The notes under the pieces: model-generated
What the model saw: only the letters and a program-made list of their open reading frames with translations
Database searches by the model: none
Told to the model about the DNA's origin: nothing
Shown here: one piece after another, positions 1 through 11,569 of the stretch
How positions within the stretch are numbered: position 1 is the first letter of the stretch
Layout of the letters: every line of letters starts with the position of its first letter
Source of the DNA: Octopus bimaculoides
Lineage: Eukaryota
Direction: 5' to 3'
DNA: 39,059 nt
Assembly: GCF_001194135.2 (NCBI RefSeq)
Contig: NC_068990.1
Span: 86,076,908 to 86,115,966 of the forward strand
Translations under genes and position numbers: made by a program

Positions 1-232
1 GGCACATAAAAGACACCATTTCGAGCGTGGCCGTTTTCGTGCGGGTGACACGTAAAAGCACCCACTACACTCTCTGAGTGGTTGGCGTTAGGAAGGGCAT
101 CCAGCTGTAGAAACTCTGCCAAATCAGACTGGAGCCTGGTGTTGCCATCCGGTTTCACCAGTCCTCAGTCAAATCGTCCAACCCATGCTAGCATGGAAAG
201 CGGACGTTAAACGATGATGATGATGATGATGA
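1..232 (+). mobile_element. (GAT)n-tailed dispersed repeat (retroposon 3' end/SINE), young-looking copy
   Basis: Shared body (ggttggcgttaggaagggcatccagctgt...aacccatgctagcatgg) and GAT tail; at least 8 related copies in the window. Confidence 0.85.
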
Positions 233-378
233 TATGTTGAGCAGTTAGTATTTTTGCATGAAAACATAATGAAACACTTACACGCACACACACACATGTG
301 TTTATGCTTATGTACATAAATACACATACAGACATAGTCCACCAATATGTCTAACATAAGAATCATTTCTCCCTGTAG

Positions 379-425
379 ATCCACTTGAATGCCCATGGTT
401 CATATTCAAATATTGATGTCGACAG
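379..425 (+). CDS. JmjC/EF-hand/HEEL gene, first in-window exon (IHLNAHGSYSNIDVD-R); upstream exons lie outside the window
   Basis: Acceptor tttctccctgtag|ATC and donor AG|gtaatt. Phase 0 start and phase 2 end join in frame to exon 2298 (AG+A=Arg). SNIDVD fits the S-x-VD motif preceding the last JmjC strands. Confidence 0.75.
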
Positions 426-751
426 GTAATTAAAATACTAAAATATTCTTTATAATATTTATTAATGATTTTCTTGCACAGATACACTCTTAATTGAATT
501 ATTTCTTTATACTACCATAAATTTGTATAGAAGCTTCTAAAAATTATTATCAGACTTGAAATATCATACAGTTCCTCTTAAATTTCTGTGTTCTATGAAT
601 TTATTGGTTGGCATCCTTTTTGTCGTGGGAGACAATGGAGTTGCGCATAAAATAATCTAGTCCGGTTTTTACATTTCATGTCCTAATGCATCTCCTGCTG
701 TGGCTGTGTTGTCCTATTCTGGACAAACACTCCCTTTGGCAGGTGCTGCAA

Positions 752-910
752 ATGTAGTACTTTGATCTTTGCTAAATTAACTCTAAGGCCCTTTGATTGT
801 AGACCTTGCTTCCACACCTGAAATTTCTTTTCTAGTTCTGGTAGTGATTCAGCAATAAAAACAAGATCGTCAGCATAAAGGAACTCCCAGGGGCAGCCAG
901 TGTTAAATTC
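752..910 (-). mobile_element. Non-LTR retrotransposon (RTE-like) reverse transcriptase fragment
   Basis: Translates EFNTGCPWEFLYADDLVFIAESLPELEKKFQVWKQGLQSKGLRVNLAKIKVL, containing YADD and GLxVNxxK motifs. Confidence 0.88.
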
Positions 911-1099
911 CTCTCACACACACACATACACACATATGCACACACATTCATATATATATATGTATATCAGCAAATCATGTGAGATCGTAGCCGTGGCCAA
1001 TGCTTGTGTCGCATAACCGGCCTGTTTAAAAGTACCCTTCAATTGTTGAGTAATATGGTGTGCAGGAGAAGACCTGTTGAGTCAAGCAAAATCATTGTC

Positions 1100-1450
1100 A
1101 TAGCTAATGCCAGTGTTGCATGACTTGCACCTGTGCTGGTGGCACATAAAAAGCACCATTTGAGCATGGTCGATGCCACTGCCGCCTGACTGGCTCCCGT
1201 GTCAGTGGCACGTAAAAAACACCATATGAGCGTGGTCAATGCTAGTGCTGCCTGACTGGCTCCCATGCCGGTGACACATAAAATGCATCCACTACACTCT
1301 TGGAGTGGTTGGCATTAGGAAGGGCATCCAACTGCAGAAACATTGCAGATCAGATTGGAGCCTGGCGCAGCCCTTGGCTTGCCAGTTCTCAGTCAAACCA
1401 TCCAACCCATGCCAGCAAAGAAAGTGGACGTTAAATGATGATGATGATGA
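1100..1450 (+). mobile_element. (GAT)n-tailed element with about 2.8 internal 66-bp units
   Basis: Units start at 1141, 1207 and 1273, followed by the shared body and GAT tail. Confidence 0.85.
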
Positions 1451-1749
1451 AAGATATACATAAGCATACATATATATAAATATATTTGACATCATCATCA
1501 TCATCATCATTGATGTAGTCACCATTTGAACACCTGTTTTGTTCCTGTTGACATAAGTGTTTCAGAATGTTAGTTTGTCACATCAACCAATAAATACCAT
1601 TTTCTAATTCAACATTCTTGTCCAACAATCTGACATGTTGTAATTACAATTGCAATCTAACTTCCCAGCCTGTGTGTTTGTCTTTCATGGGAAATTAAGT
1701 TTTATGAGTTATTTCCATTAAAAAAATTAAAAAAAGCATTTTAATAACA

Positions 1750-2010
1750 TCATCATCATCATCATCATCGTTTAACGTCCGTTTTCTATGCTGGCATGGG
1801 TTGGACTGTTTGACTGAGGTCTGGGGAGCCAGTGGCTGCACCAGGCTCCAGTCTGATCTGGCAATGTTTCTACAGCTGGATGCTCTTCCTAATGCCAACC
1901 ACTCTGAGAGTGTAGTGGGTGCTTTTTTACGTGCCACTGGCACGGGAGCCAGTCAGGGGGTACTAGCATCGGCCACGTTTGGATGGTGCTTTTCACGTGA
2001 CACCAGCATA
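1750..2010 (-). mobile_element. (GAT)n-tailed element, reverse copy
   Basis: Begins (CAT)n-cgtttaacgtccg; reverse complement of the family body. Confidence 0.85.
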
Positions 2011-2297
2011 TATATATATATTTGCTTCCTAACCATTATTTCAGTCCTACTGCATGGCACCTTGGGTGTCTTTTGCTATAGCCCTAGGTCAACCAATGCC
2101 TTGTGGATGCATTGCATTTGCAAGAGGGAAACTAAAAGAAGCACTATTGTGTGTGTGTGCGTGTGCACTCACATGAGTGTGTGTGTGTGTGTGTGTTTAC
2201 ATCTGCCTCTAATCATCTAATCTACCACTACAACTCGTTTTAATTAACTTTGTTTCTGAAACAAATCAATTAATTGTGTTCCATTTTATCTTTTCAG

Positions 2298-2390
2298 AAT
2301 GGATTACACCCAAAACCCTGAACTGGCTGAGATTGAGTATCACCTGGGCAACATGACTTCAGGGGACTGTCTTTACATCCCCTACCTATG
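2298..2390 (+). CDS. JmjC gene exon (MDYTQNPELAEIEYHLGNMTSGDCLYIPYL-W)
   Basis: ttttcag|A and TG|gttagt. Contains the GDxLYIPxxW motif of JmjC/cupin_8 domains. Confidence 0.9.
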
Positions 2391-2514
2391 GTTAGTTCTT
2401 GTTATTTTTTTTTTACAACATCTAACACGATAGTAGAATGTGACCCTTTCTGTGGTAAAAGGCAAGTTTTGGTGAGAGGTGACCTACAGCGGTGGTGGGA
2501 GATGTTTTCTCTCC

Positions 2515-2645
2515 TTGTTTCTTTCTGTGTTCCTTTCTGTTGAAGAGCGTAGGCTCGAAACATTAAAGACTTTCTCTATTCCTGAGCATTATACTAATAC
2601 ATCCATTTGTTGTTTACACCACCTGTCTTCGTCTGTTGTTTTTTC
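2515..2645 (+). mobile_element. Short dispersed repeat resembling a Penelope-like terminus (tgaagagcgtaggctcgaaac)
   Basis: Reverse-complement homologue at 23555-23820; class assignment is inference. Confidence 0.55.
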
Positions 2646-2655
2646 ATGAATTCTC

Positions 2656-2692
<37 letters not shown>

Positions 2693-2976
2693 TACATACA
2701 CACACACACTATATCCATCTTTTTATCTGTCAAGTTCTCTCTCTCTCTNNNNNNNNNNNNNNNNNNNNNNNNNNNNNNNNNNNNNNNNNNNNNNNNNNNN
2801 NNNNNNNNNNNNNNNNNNNNNNNNNNNNNNNNNNNNNNNNNNNNNNNNNNNNNNNNNNNNNNNNNNNNNNNNNNNNNNNNNNNNNNNNNNNNNTATATAT
2901 ATATATATATGTACACACACTTACACACACTTTTACAAACACTTACTTATATTCTAAATATTGTTCTGTATATCAG

Positions 2977-3153
2977 GATCCACCAGGTCCGTTCTTATGG
3001 AAGCAATCTGGCTGTTAATGTCTGGTGGAATAATTCCAAAAACCACCTCATTGATGTCAACAAGTGCTTGAAGCCGTGTAGATATGATCTCACTTTGGCA
3101 GATGTGAGCTTTTCCTTTAGAGAGGATGACAATGATGACCTGACCGACTTTCA
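2977..3153 (+). CDS. JmjC gene exon (IHQVRSYGSNLAVNVWW...DDLTDF-Q)
   Basis: tatcag|G and CA|gtgagt. Completes W-I-H-Q-V-R-S (distal Fe-ligand His) and AVNVWW, the end of the JmjC fold. Confidence 0.92.
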
Positions 3154-3628
3154 GTGAGTATGTCTTTCGTTGGTTCTTATATCATTCACACTCATTCTGA
3201 AATATTTTAATCTGATTCTTGACAGCTAATGTTGCAAGTATTCTTGAAACAAATCTTGAAATATTTTACACAAACTTTTAACAGCTTGCAATGACATATA
3301 CTGTATTTTAGCTTGTATAATTTGTCAAAAATTAGGTTAAAAAATATGGGAGTTTCTTATACATGGATAGTATTAGAACAATTGCCACTAGGTTTTTGTT
3401 TTCTTTCTCCAAAAAGAGGGAAATTTCACTGAATTGTTTTAACTGAATTATGCAAATTCATACATTAGTCTATCTGTTTTTTTTTTTCGTGTTTTCTTTT
3501 ACACAACTGATTTTATTTTAAAATTATACCAGTGTTTTTGAACTGTAGACAGACTCCCTATCAATTCAGGTTAATTGGATCCCTTTTTGCATCTGTTGGA
3601 CTAAACGTATTATGTTAATTTCTTTCAG

Positions 3629-3698
3629 AAATAGAATGTTTGATATAGCCGAAACGAAAGACATTGAATTGGATGATATGAAACTCGTTCTGTTTGGG
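3629..3698 (+). CDS. JmjC gene exon (NRMFDIAETKDIELDDMKLVLFG), possible degenerate EF-hand
   Basis: tctttcag|A and GGG|gtaagt. Phases 2 and 0 match the neighbouring exons; open frame. Confidence 0.8.
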
Positions 3699-4050
3699 GT
3701 AAGTAACACCATGAAGCCTACATTAATTAATTAATGTGTGTGTGTGTGCATGCAAACATGCAAGGTAATATTTCCCAATAGGTAGAGCTGTTTTTCACAT
3801 TAGAGTTACAAAATGAACAACACTGCTTGTATGATGATGATGGTTCACTGCATTTACAGTGACAAAAGTAACAAGGGATTGTCTATATGCTATGGGTGGA
3901 ACAAATACCACACAGCATTTTTATTCAAATGCATATTTTTTTTTCAGTTTTATCCTCAATGTTTACATTTTTTGTTGATGTACTTCGTCAAAAGATAAAC
4001 ATGCTCACAGATACACAATTAACAAGCAGCAATCCTTCTTAATGTTCCAG

Positions 4051-4116
4051 GAGGAATTCACCCAAGAGCTGGAGCAGATGAACGCCGGTTACGGATATGT
4101 AGCCCATATAAAAAAG
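4051..4116 (+). CDS. JmjC gene exon (EEFTQELEQMNAGYGYVAHIKK)
   Basis: gttccag|GAG and AAG|gtaagg. 66 nt, phase 0/0, open. Confidence 0.8.
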
Positions 4117-4642
4117 GTAAGGCATTTATCTTCAGATGCCTTAGACATGCATTAGTATTGTCATCGTCCTCCTCATCATCATCGTCATCATCATCATTTT
4201 CATCATCGTCATCATTTTCATCATCGTCATCATCATCATCATCATTTTCATCATTGTCATCATCATCATTTTCATCATTGTCATCATGTTATTGGCTTTA
4301 AAAGATATTGACATAAAATGATTTTTGACACGAAATGATATTTTGGCATTAAATGTTTGTTGACATTAAAATGTTTTTGACAAATGATATTTGACATTGA
4401 ATGTCATTTGATGTTAAATGATATTTGACAATAGATAATATTCAACATTAAAACATCATTTTATGATAGAAACGGAAAACCCTTCCGCTGACATCTGCAA
4501 TGAGTCTTGTCTCAAATTGCTGCTTAATATCAACAACATTGAAATCATAGAAGTTTAGTCATAAAATTAATATAACAAAGTTGAGAGCAAGTTTTGTTAC
4601 AATATTGTTAAGACTATTTTTTCCTGTCTTTTCTTGTGCCAG

Positions 4643-4714
4643 TTATTTCAAAAATTTGATTTGAATGGAGATTTGAAGATCACCGAAGAAGAACTGAAAT
4701 CTCTACTGGATGTG
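4643..4714 (+). CDS. JmjC gene exon with canonical EF-hand (LFQKFDLNGDLKITEEELKSLLDV)
   Basis: cttgtgccag|TTA and GTG|gtatgt. Loop DLNGDLKITEEE matches D-x-N-x-D-x-x-I-x-x-x-E. Confidence 0.88.
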
Positions 4715-5143
4715 GTATGTGTCTTTTAACTACAAATGTTTCAGTTTACATTTAGGGTAGACACTTGGCCGTTGCCAGTACCGCCTGACTGGCCTTCGTG
4801 CGGGTGACACATAAAAGCACCCACTACACTACTTGAGTAACTCCCAGGCCATCATGGCTTGTACCCACAACAAACTCTCTGTAGAAATCTAATATTATTT
4901 TCCTGCTGACAGCATTGTCCAACAGGTGGTGTACTGTGAGAGCCAAGCAGTTCTTGTATGATTAGTACATTAACTGCTGTGTTATAGGTTTGTTAACTAT
5001 ACTATACTGTGTTATACCATACTACCATGTATATAATTGTTAACTGATGTATAAACTCTTGGATTTGGTTGATGGTAATTATAAATTGGTGTTGTGTGAT
5101 TATTAATCTATATTTAAGAGATGAGGAATTATGTACAATATTT

Positions 5144-5238
5144 ACATTATTTACATTTGACGGATATTTGTCCTACGCCATATGCTCACTGGCATATGGC
5201 ATAGTGGTTAAGATTCCGAGTTCGATTCCAAGCAGTGA

Positions 5239-5286
<48 letters not shown>

Positions 5287-5426
5287 CATCGAAAAATACC
5301 TTAGGTATGAGAACCCAGGTTCAAAATTTCCCTAAGACACCTGATGACGGCTGGAGGGTATATCAGCCGAAACGTTGTTAACAACAAACAAGGTGAGGAC
5401 TAATACCCGTCAAATGTAAATAATGT
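5144..5426 (+). mobile_element. Fold-back element: 31-bp terminal inverted repeats, tRNA-like A/B boxes, (AAT)n and a hammerhead-like core
   Basis: 5144-5174 versus 5396-5426 inverted (2 mismatches); TGGCATAGTGG 5197-5207; GAGTTCGATTCC 5218-5229; CTGATGA 5341-5347; GAAAC 5369-5373. Confidence 0.7.
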
Positions 5427-5564
5427 TCTAATTGTTAGCTAATGTGTTGATTTGTTGGTGTTGTGTGATTATTAATGATTTAATTGGAAGATATCAACTG
5501 ATGTTTCTGTTGATTCTCCCTCTACTTGCTTCTGACTTTTTATATTTTGTCTCTTTCATTTCAG

Positions 5565-5657
5565 ACATGGGAAGAGTGTATGGATCTTATCATTGACCTT
5601 AGCCATCTCATCGAGGCTATCCAAAAAACATCGAAAATGTCACATGAAGAATTATGA
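5565..5657 (+). CDS. JmjC gene terminal exon (TWEECMDLIIDLSHLIEAIQKTSKMSHEEL*)
   Basis: Long pyrimidine tract tttcatttcag|ACA. TGA at 5655-5657; ends in HEEL, a KDEL-like signal. Confidence 0.85.
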   Translation, partial: TWEECMDLIIDLSHLIEAIQKTSKMSHEEL

Positions 5658-7186
5658 ATGGCCTGTCTCTTCTAGGGACTAACTTGAGGTGGAAATGGTC
5701 TAAAATCTCACTCGCTGCATTATAGGCAATTCATCACAAAATATTTATGGGTCAAACAAACCTTTCATGAACTTCATCCCAAAACATTTAGATATTTAAT
5801 GTCTCAATTAACCCTCATCAATCAGAATTTCTTTGTAGGGGGAAAGCAAAAGAAATATGCAGCTCAGCCCAATGTTAAATTTATATCTTGGGTAAGAATT
5901 TCAAATTTAAATTTCTATGAAAAAATTTGGGGTTTTCCTTTTTAAATTTTTCAGAAGTGGGTGTTTGATCCTTCATTTATTTATTTATATTTTTAATTAC
6001 CTACTGAGGAGAGAAAGGCAGTGCCCATGGCCCTTTACGGAGCCCCTGTGATTCGAGTGGAGGGACAGAGTGTATCTTCAAATCAGAGATATGATCTGAA
6101 TGCTTGCTGTAGAATTGCCTCTGTTAAAGGTACCCGTGGACTAGGTGGTGATGTTAACCTGGACATCATATTGTGTCTGTGACCTTGTGTGTTCCTTCAT
6201 CATTGTCACAAACCCTTTTTGGAGCATTTATAGAATTGTTTTTATTTTTTTGAATGGTGGCTTAGCAAAAATACTTTTATTTTGCACATATGCTTTTGTA
6301 AAAAGAACAATAAACACATTAAAACATCTTTCAAGTTTCCTTTTGTACCTGATACAATGTGCGTGTACATACATACACAGATGTTTCTGTTTGTGCTTTT
6401 ATATATATATATATAAATATATATATATCAATATANNNNNNNNNNNNNNNNNNNNNNNNNNNNNNNNNNNNNNNNNNNNNNNNNNNNNNNNNNNNNNNNN
6501 NNNNNNNNNNNNNNNNNNNNNNNNNNNNNNNNNNNACACTTGAAATGCTTACCTGCTTAAGTTGTGTTGTAACTTTGCTAATTAAAAAATTAAAAATTAT
6601 TTCTTTAATGTATACATTTTAGATTTTTGTTTTGAATTTTTATCTTAATTTGAACCATGTATAATATTCATGGATATATATATATATATGTACTGGGGTC
6701 GATCTAATCAGCTGGCCCCCTCCCCCAAAATTTTGGGCCTTGTGGCTTTCTCAGTAGCAGCAAGCCACAAAACCCGCAGTTTCTTGTGAGTATATGATAG
6801 AAAAGGTATCCAACCATAGAAAATCTGCCTCAATAAATTGTCCAACCCATGCAAGCATGGACAAGTGGACATTAAAATGATAAAGCAGAATCCATACAGA
6901 TTATGAATGGCTGACATTTCCGCTGGAGTTTGGTGCCTCATAGAATAAGATATCCACATTCTTCACAACAATATTTGAATTTAAAATGGAAGTGCCATGC
7001 TCATTGTTATACTTGATATTCAAACTAGGACATCTGTGTTGAAAATGTGGCCAGGAAGGAGACTAAGAAAAAATGGTCATCTTTTATGCATTCACAATAT
7101 TGACAATTACAAAGACAGAAATAATAATAAAACAAAAAGGTTTGTAATTAGATTTTGTGATTTTCTTTCTTTATTGACAATCTCAA

Positions 7187-7219
<33 letters not shown>

Positions 7220-10200
7220 CAAGCAATAACTATTTACAAACAATAAATAACAAGTATAAAATTTAATTTAATGTGAGCTTGTTGGTAGGTCCATGACACG
7301 ACCGATTCTATTTTTTTTTTTTTGTTTAAATCACAAGGATTGTATCATATGACCAGAATATCTCAATCTGTACACTTGGTATGGCTTGGAATATTCCACA
7401 AAGAGAAGAAACACTGACATGAAACTCTATATTATATATATATATACATACACACCCACATATATGTATACACACACACACACACATATATACATTCATA
7501 TACGCAATTGTGTTTTTTTTTTACCATTTAAAAAATTTTTTATTCTACGGAAAGATTTTCAAAATACATCTGAATTGTTTTTGGCAAAAGAAGGGATTAT
7601 TATTCGAGTCAAAATCCCTATTTTATTTCATAAAAGAAATTCTGTGTTGCTAAAGGGATAAGATAGGACAGCTTACAATGTCTGTGAGGTGAAGGTAGTG
7701 GGTTATGGACTACACACATAGTTCCAACATTCAGATCTTAATTACTAGTCATGTTATGCCTCCTGAGTAAGACCCCATACCTCTGCTTGCTCCAGTATCC
7801 TCCTTGATTGGTTAGAGCAATCATGCACAAACTGTGACCCATGGCACTTTCTGAATGGCACGCCAACAAAAAAATTACCTTGAATTTTTTTTTAGTAGTG
7901 CAACCTGCCTGATGAATGAGCCATGTCTCATGTGGCCTGTTTCTTGAAGAAGATTGTCCATGACTGGTTTAGAGAAACAGAAAAAAATCCCCCACTTTTT
8001 ACTTCATAGATGAGTAGTTAGTAATATGAAAGGAAAGGAAAGGAGAATCATCCAGCTGTGAAAAAAAACCCCAAAACAAAACAGAACACTTGCTCCAAGT
8101 AAACAATTTAAGCTGTGTAAATAATTAACCCCCCCAAACAACAAGAGCATTAGGAAAATACTTAATTGAGACCTTCACACATGTGAGAAGAATGCTAAAA
8201 TGAAAGATAAATGATTTGGACAGACTCCTTCTTTGGCTGCTGCTGTGCTGAGGGAATTCAGATGGCATCTCCTTGTCTCAGGAAAAGACAAAGTACTGCA
8301 GGTCATTTTACAGTCAGTTGGTAGGTTCCAAAAGACAAATTTACCAAATGGGTAAGGTGGGGAGGGGATTATAAGAAGACCTCAGAGTACTGTGTGTACA
8401 TTGGTGCAAGATACCATGACCAGATGGTATAAAAATTCACTTCCCAATTGTAGCAGTCAATGGTTCAATTTTGACATTTCATGGTGAAGTGTGTGTCTAC
8501 TAAAATCTGAAGTTGAATCAAACCTTGTGATTGAATTTAGGGAGATGGTACCATCAGATGAACTCTACCTGTAATTTGAGGGGTTCCACCCATAACATAC
8601 TGTGTAACAATGATTCTACTTGAGGAGCTGTGGAACATGCAGTCATTTACACCAATTGGACAGTAACAGATACATTGGCAGAAGAGACAAACACAGGACA
8701 TCAATAAGTTTTATGATTTACACTTTGGAGTTCATTTTCCAGAAAGAATTTCCCAGATGATAGAATTTTACATTTGAAAAGATTAAATTTTGACTGGATA
8801 TGCATCGAAGAGACCTAACATAAGCAATCTTTTGAATCATGTAAATGAAGCCTATGGGGCTTTGTGAAAGACAAGTTAACAATGATCTAGAAAAATGGAA
8901 AATGGGATTTAGTAAAGCTGTTGACTTTGCTATGAATAGGGACCAAGGGCTAGTGTTGAGTGTACAACTCAACAGCTTTTGGAAATGGAAGATATCAGAA
9001 AGTTTTTTTTTTTTTTTTTTTTTTTAAAGTGGGTAGAAATTTTAACTTCTGCTTGTGATAGAAAAACTAGAAATGATTATTGACTTCAAGGATCATTGTG
9101 ATTAGGACAGAATTTGCTTAATCCCTGAAATTCTGGAGTCTGATACACCGGTTGGTCATTCAAATGAGTTAAATCTGACTGTTGTAAAAAGCAGTGCTAT
9201 TTGAACCAGACAAAACAAGATCGGGTGACATGTTACTTTTGGTAGCAGGAAAACCCCTTCCAAATCAAACAAGATTATGCTTTAAGTTTCATAATTTCTA
9301 TACAAACTTAGGTAAGACATTCATGGCCAAGATCAGCTAGGATGTAACTTGATGTGGGTTGGATTTACAATAAACGAATGACATGGAAAGTTAGACTTCT
9401 CCCCAATAGTGACTGCTGTGTGTGTAAAAAGTGGGGTCTCTATCATTATATTACAGTGGTAGTTCCCATAACCAAGTGGATTAAAGAGACAGAATTGAAG
9501 ACATTTGTCCTCAAGTAGTGTAACTGTTGTAGTTTGTGCAACACATTTTCATAGTTTATCAAATGACTTTTATCACGAATAGGGACAACACATTCCATGT
9601 GCATTTTTGCCACATGTGTCACATCTATTTGGCTACAAATACAGGAGACACCTCGTAAAATTGAAAAATTACAGTTGATTCCTATATACAATTCAACCAT
9701 GTTCCTTCTTGTTAGGGGTGGCAGCATAAGATTTCAAGATAATATTACTGGTTTCTTTAAGAATTAAAGGTTCCAGAGATTTAACATAACAGAACATTGT
9801 TATACAAACTAATTGCATAGATGTTATAAAATGTATTTGTTGTTGCAAGGCAAGGGATCCTGATTGAACCTAGAATTAATCACCAACATTAAAGATTTGA
9901 ACTCAGCATAGCAAGGTAATAAAACAACCATCAATTATACAATCAATGCTCACAATGATAATTAGCACCTACTGTAGTACTTATTAACAACTAAGGTAGT
10001 TTACTGAGATGAATTCATATTTCACAGTAAGCATGTTGTGTTGCTCAGTTAAACATTTAATTATCTTTTGTACCTCTATTTTAGGTACCATAACAGCAAG
10101 GGACACATAATAACATAGTTACAGTTGTGAACACAGTATTTTACTACAGATGGGGACATAGACAACAGATAGCTTTAGTTGGGGACATACATAACATGGT

Positions 10201-11569
10201 GGCAAGATGGTTAAACTGGGGCCTAATGTTTCAAGTATTTCCTTCCCTTTGAGAAATAACCATTTTCAAGTTTGGTAGAATTCCAAAATCTGAAGAGACT
10301 GGTTAAAAATAAACAAACAAACAAAAAAATATTAAAAAGACATGAAACAGAATTGACATCAAACCTGGCTCTAAACTGTCTTTTCGTAATATTTTCTTCT
10401 CTTCATGTATATACAAACATTTTTTTTTATACAATTGTATACACTCATATGTACATATAACACAAACATGTTCATTCTATATTTCTGTGGCAAACCCCTT
10501 TATAAAAAGCCCCTATGTTTGTGTGTGTGGCAGTAAGTAGGATTTCAAGCAGCCAGCCTTATATTGAGATGACTGTGTTTGTCACAGATACAAGATACAA
10601 AAAAAACAACAAACAAAACAAACTATTGTTGACTCACTGAGTGGGTAGCTGTACAAAACTATCCTGGAAGTGTTTGTTATCCTATTTACTATGCACAACC
10701 AATCTTTACACAATTTCCTATTTTCGTAGGAATGCAAAAAATAAAAAATAAAATAAAAAACCCCCATAATATTACAGAAACCAGCAAACATACACATCTA
10801 AAACCAAACTCAACATATAGCTTATATCCAGTGCTGACAGGGTATTAGTATGTTTATATTATACATACTCTATAATACAGAGACAATGCTTAGACGCATA
10901 CACATATATGAAACAAGGATGCACTGTCTGGGTAGACAATATCTCGGTAGGCAGTATCTACCTAGACAGAAAAACTATAAATATTAATTACAAAGAAGTA
11001 ATTGATATCCAATTCGTTATAAAACTGATAATTTAATGATTCATAGGATCAAGTGAATAATTCTGTAAATGGCTAATATTTTGACATTAGACAAACACAA
11101 TATCCAATATATTTCAGGTTTAAACTATATATAATATGAACAACCTTATTTAATAACCTTATGCCCATTAGATGAGCTTAAAAAAAAAAAAAGACAGTAG
11201 CCAGTTGTCAAGAGAGGGTTGAATGTCAACAGTTCTAGTCAGTGTCTTGTGGAACTATCATCGATAGCAAGACAGAAAAAGTGTATTACTATTCTGGTAC
11301 GAAGAGATATAATGGTATCCATTGACTAGTAACTATTGTGGCTACTAGAGTAAAACAGCAACTACAGTACAATGGCAGTCACACATCACACCAGTGGGAG
11401 GAACCCACTTTGCAACAATAACATGTATATATAAGAGTGTTAATGTTTCTTTATGTGCATATGTAAGGCGGTAAAGCCCTCCTAGCAGCTTTTCTTCTCT
11501 CTCTCAATATATACACACACACACAAATATATATGTGTACATACACACATCAATGTATGATGCAGGCAA

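Noticed and set aside
1039-1266. ORFs with a 22-aa repeat (also 27237-27482, 1801-2220) as real proteins
   Set aside because: They are by-products of the 66-bp repeat unit; frames are not conserved between copies and no splice context supports them.
2536-2570. TTGAAGA-gcgtaggctc-GAAAC as a functional hammerhead
   Set aside because: Core has C3-to-U, stem I does not pair and the cleavage triplet context is altered; at most a relic.
5197-5229. tRNA gene (also the SINE heads at 18752, 26184, 28100, 33866)
   Set aside because: A/B boxes are present but there is no cloverleaf or acceptor stem, and each continues into a repeat body.
7909-7945. CTGATGA followed by a short stem as a hammerhead
   Set aside because: No GAAA after stem II.
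7640-10100. Non-repetitive stretch with weak RT-like words (VAVNGS, GVPP, DLEKWKM)
   Set aside because: Motif spacing does not fit an RT and all frames are heavily interrupted; a TBLASTX or HMM search would be needed.
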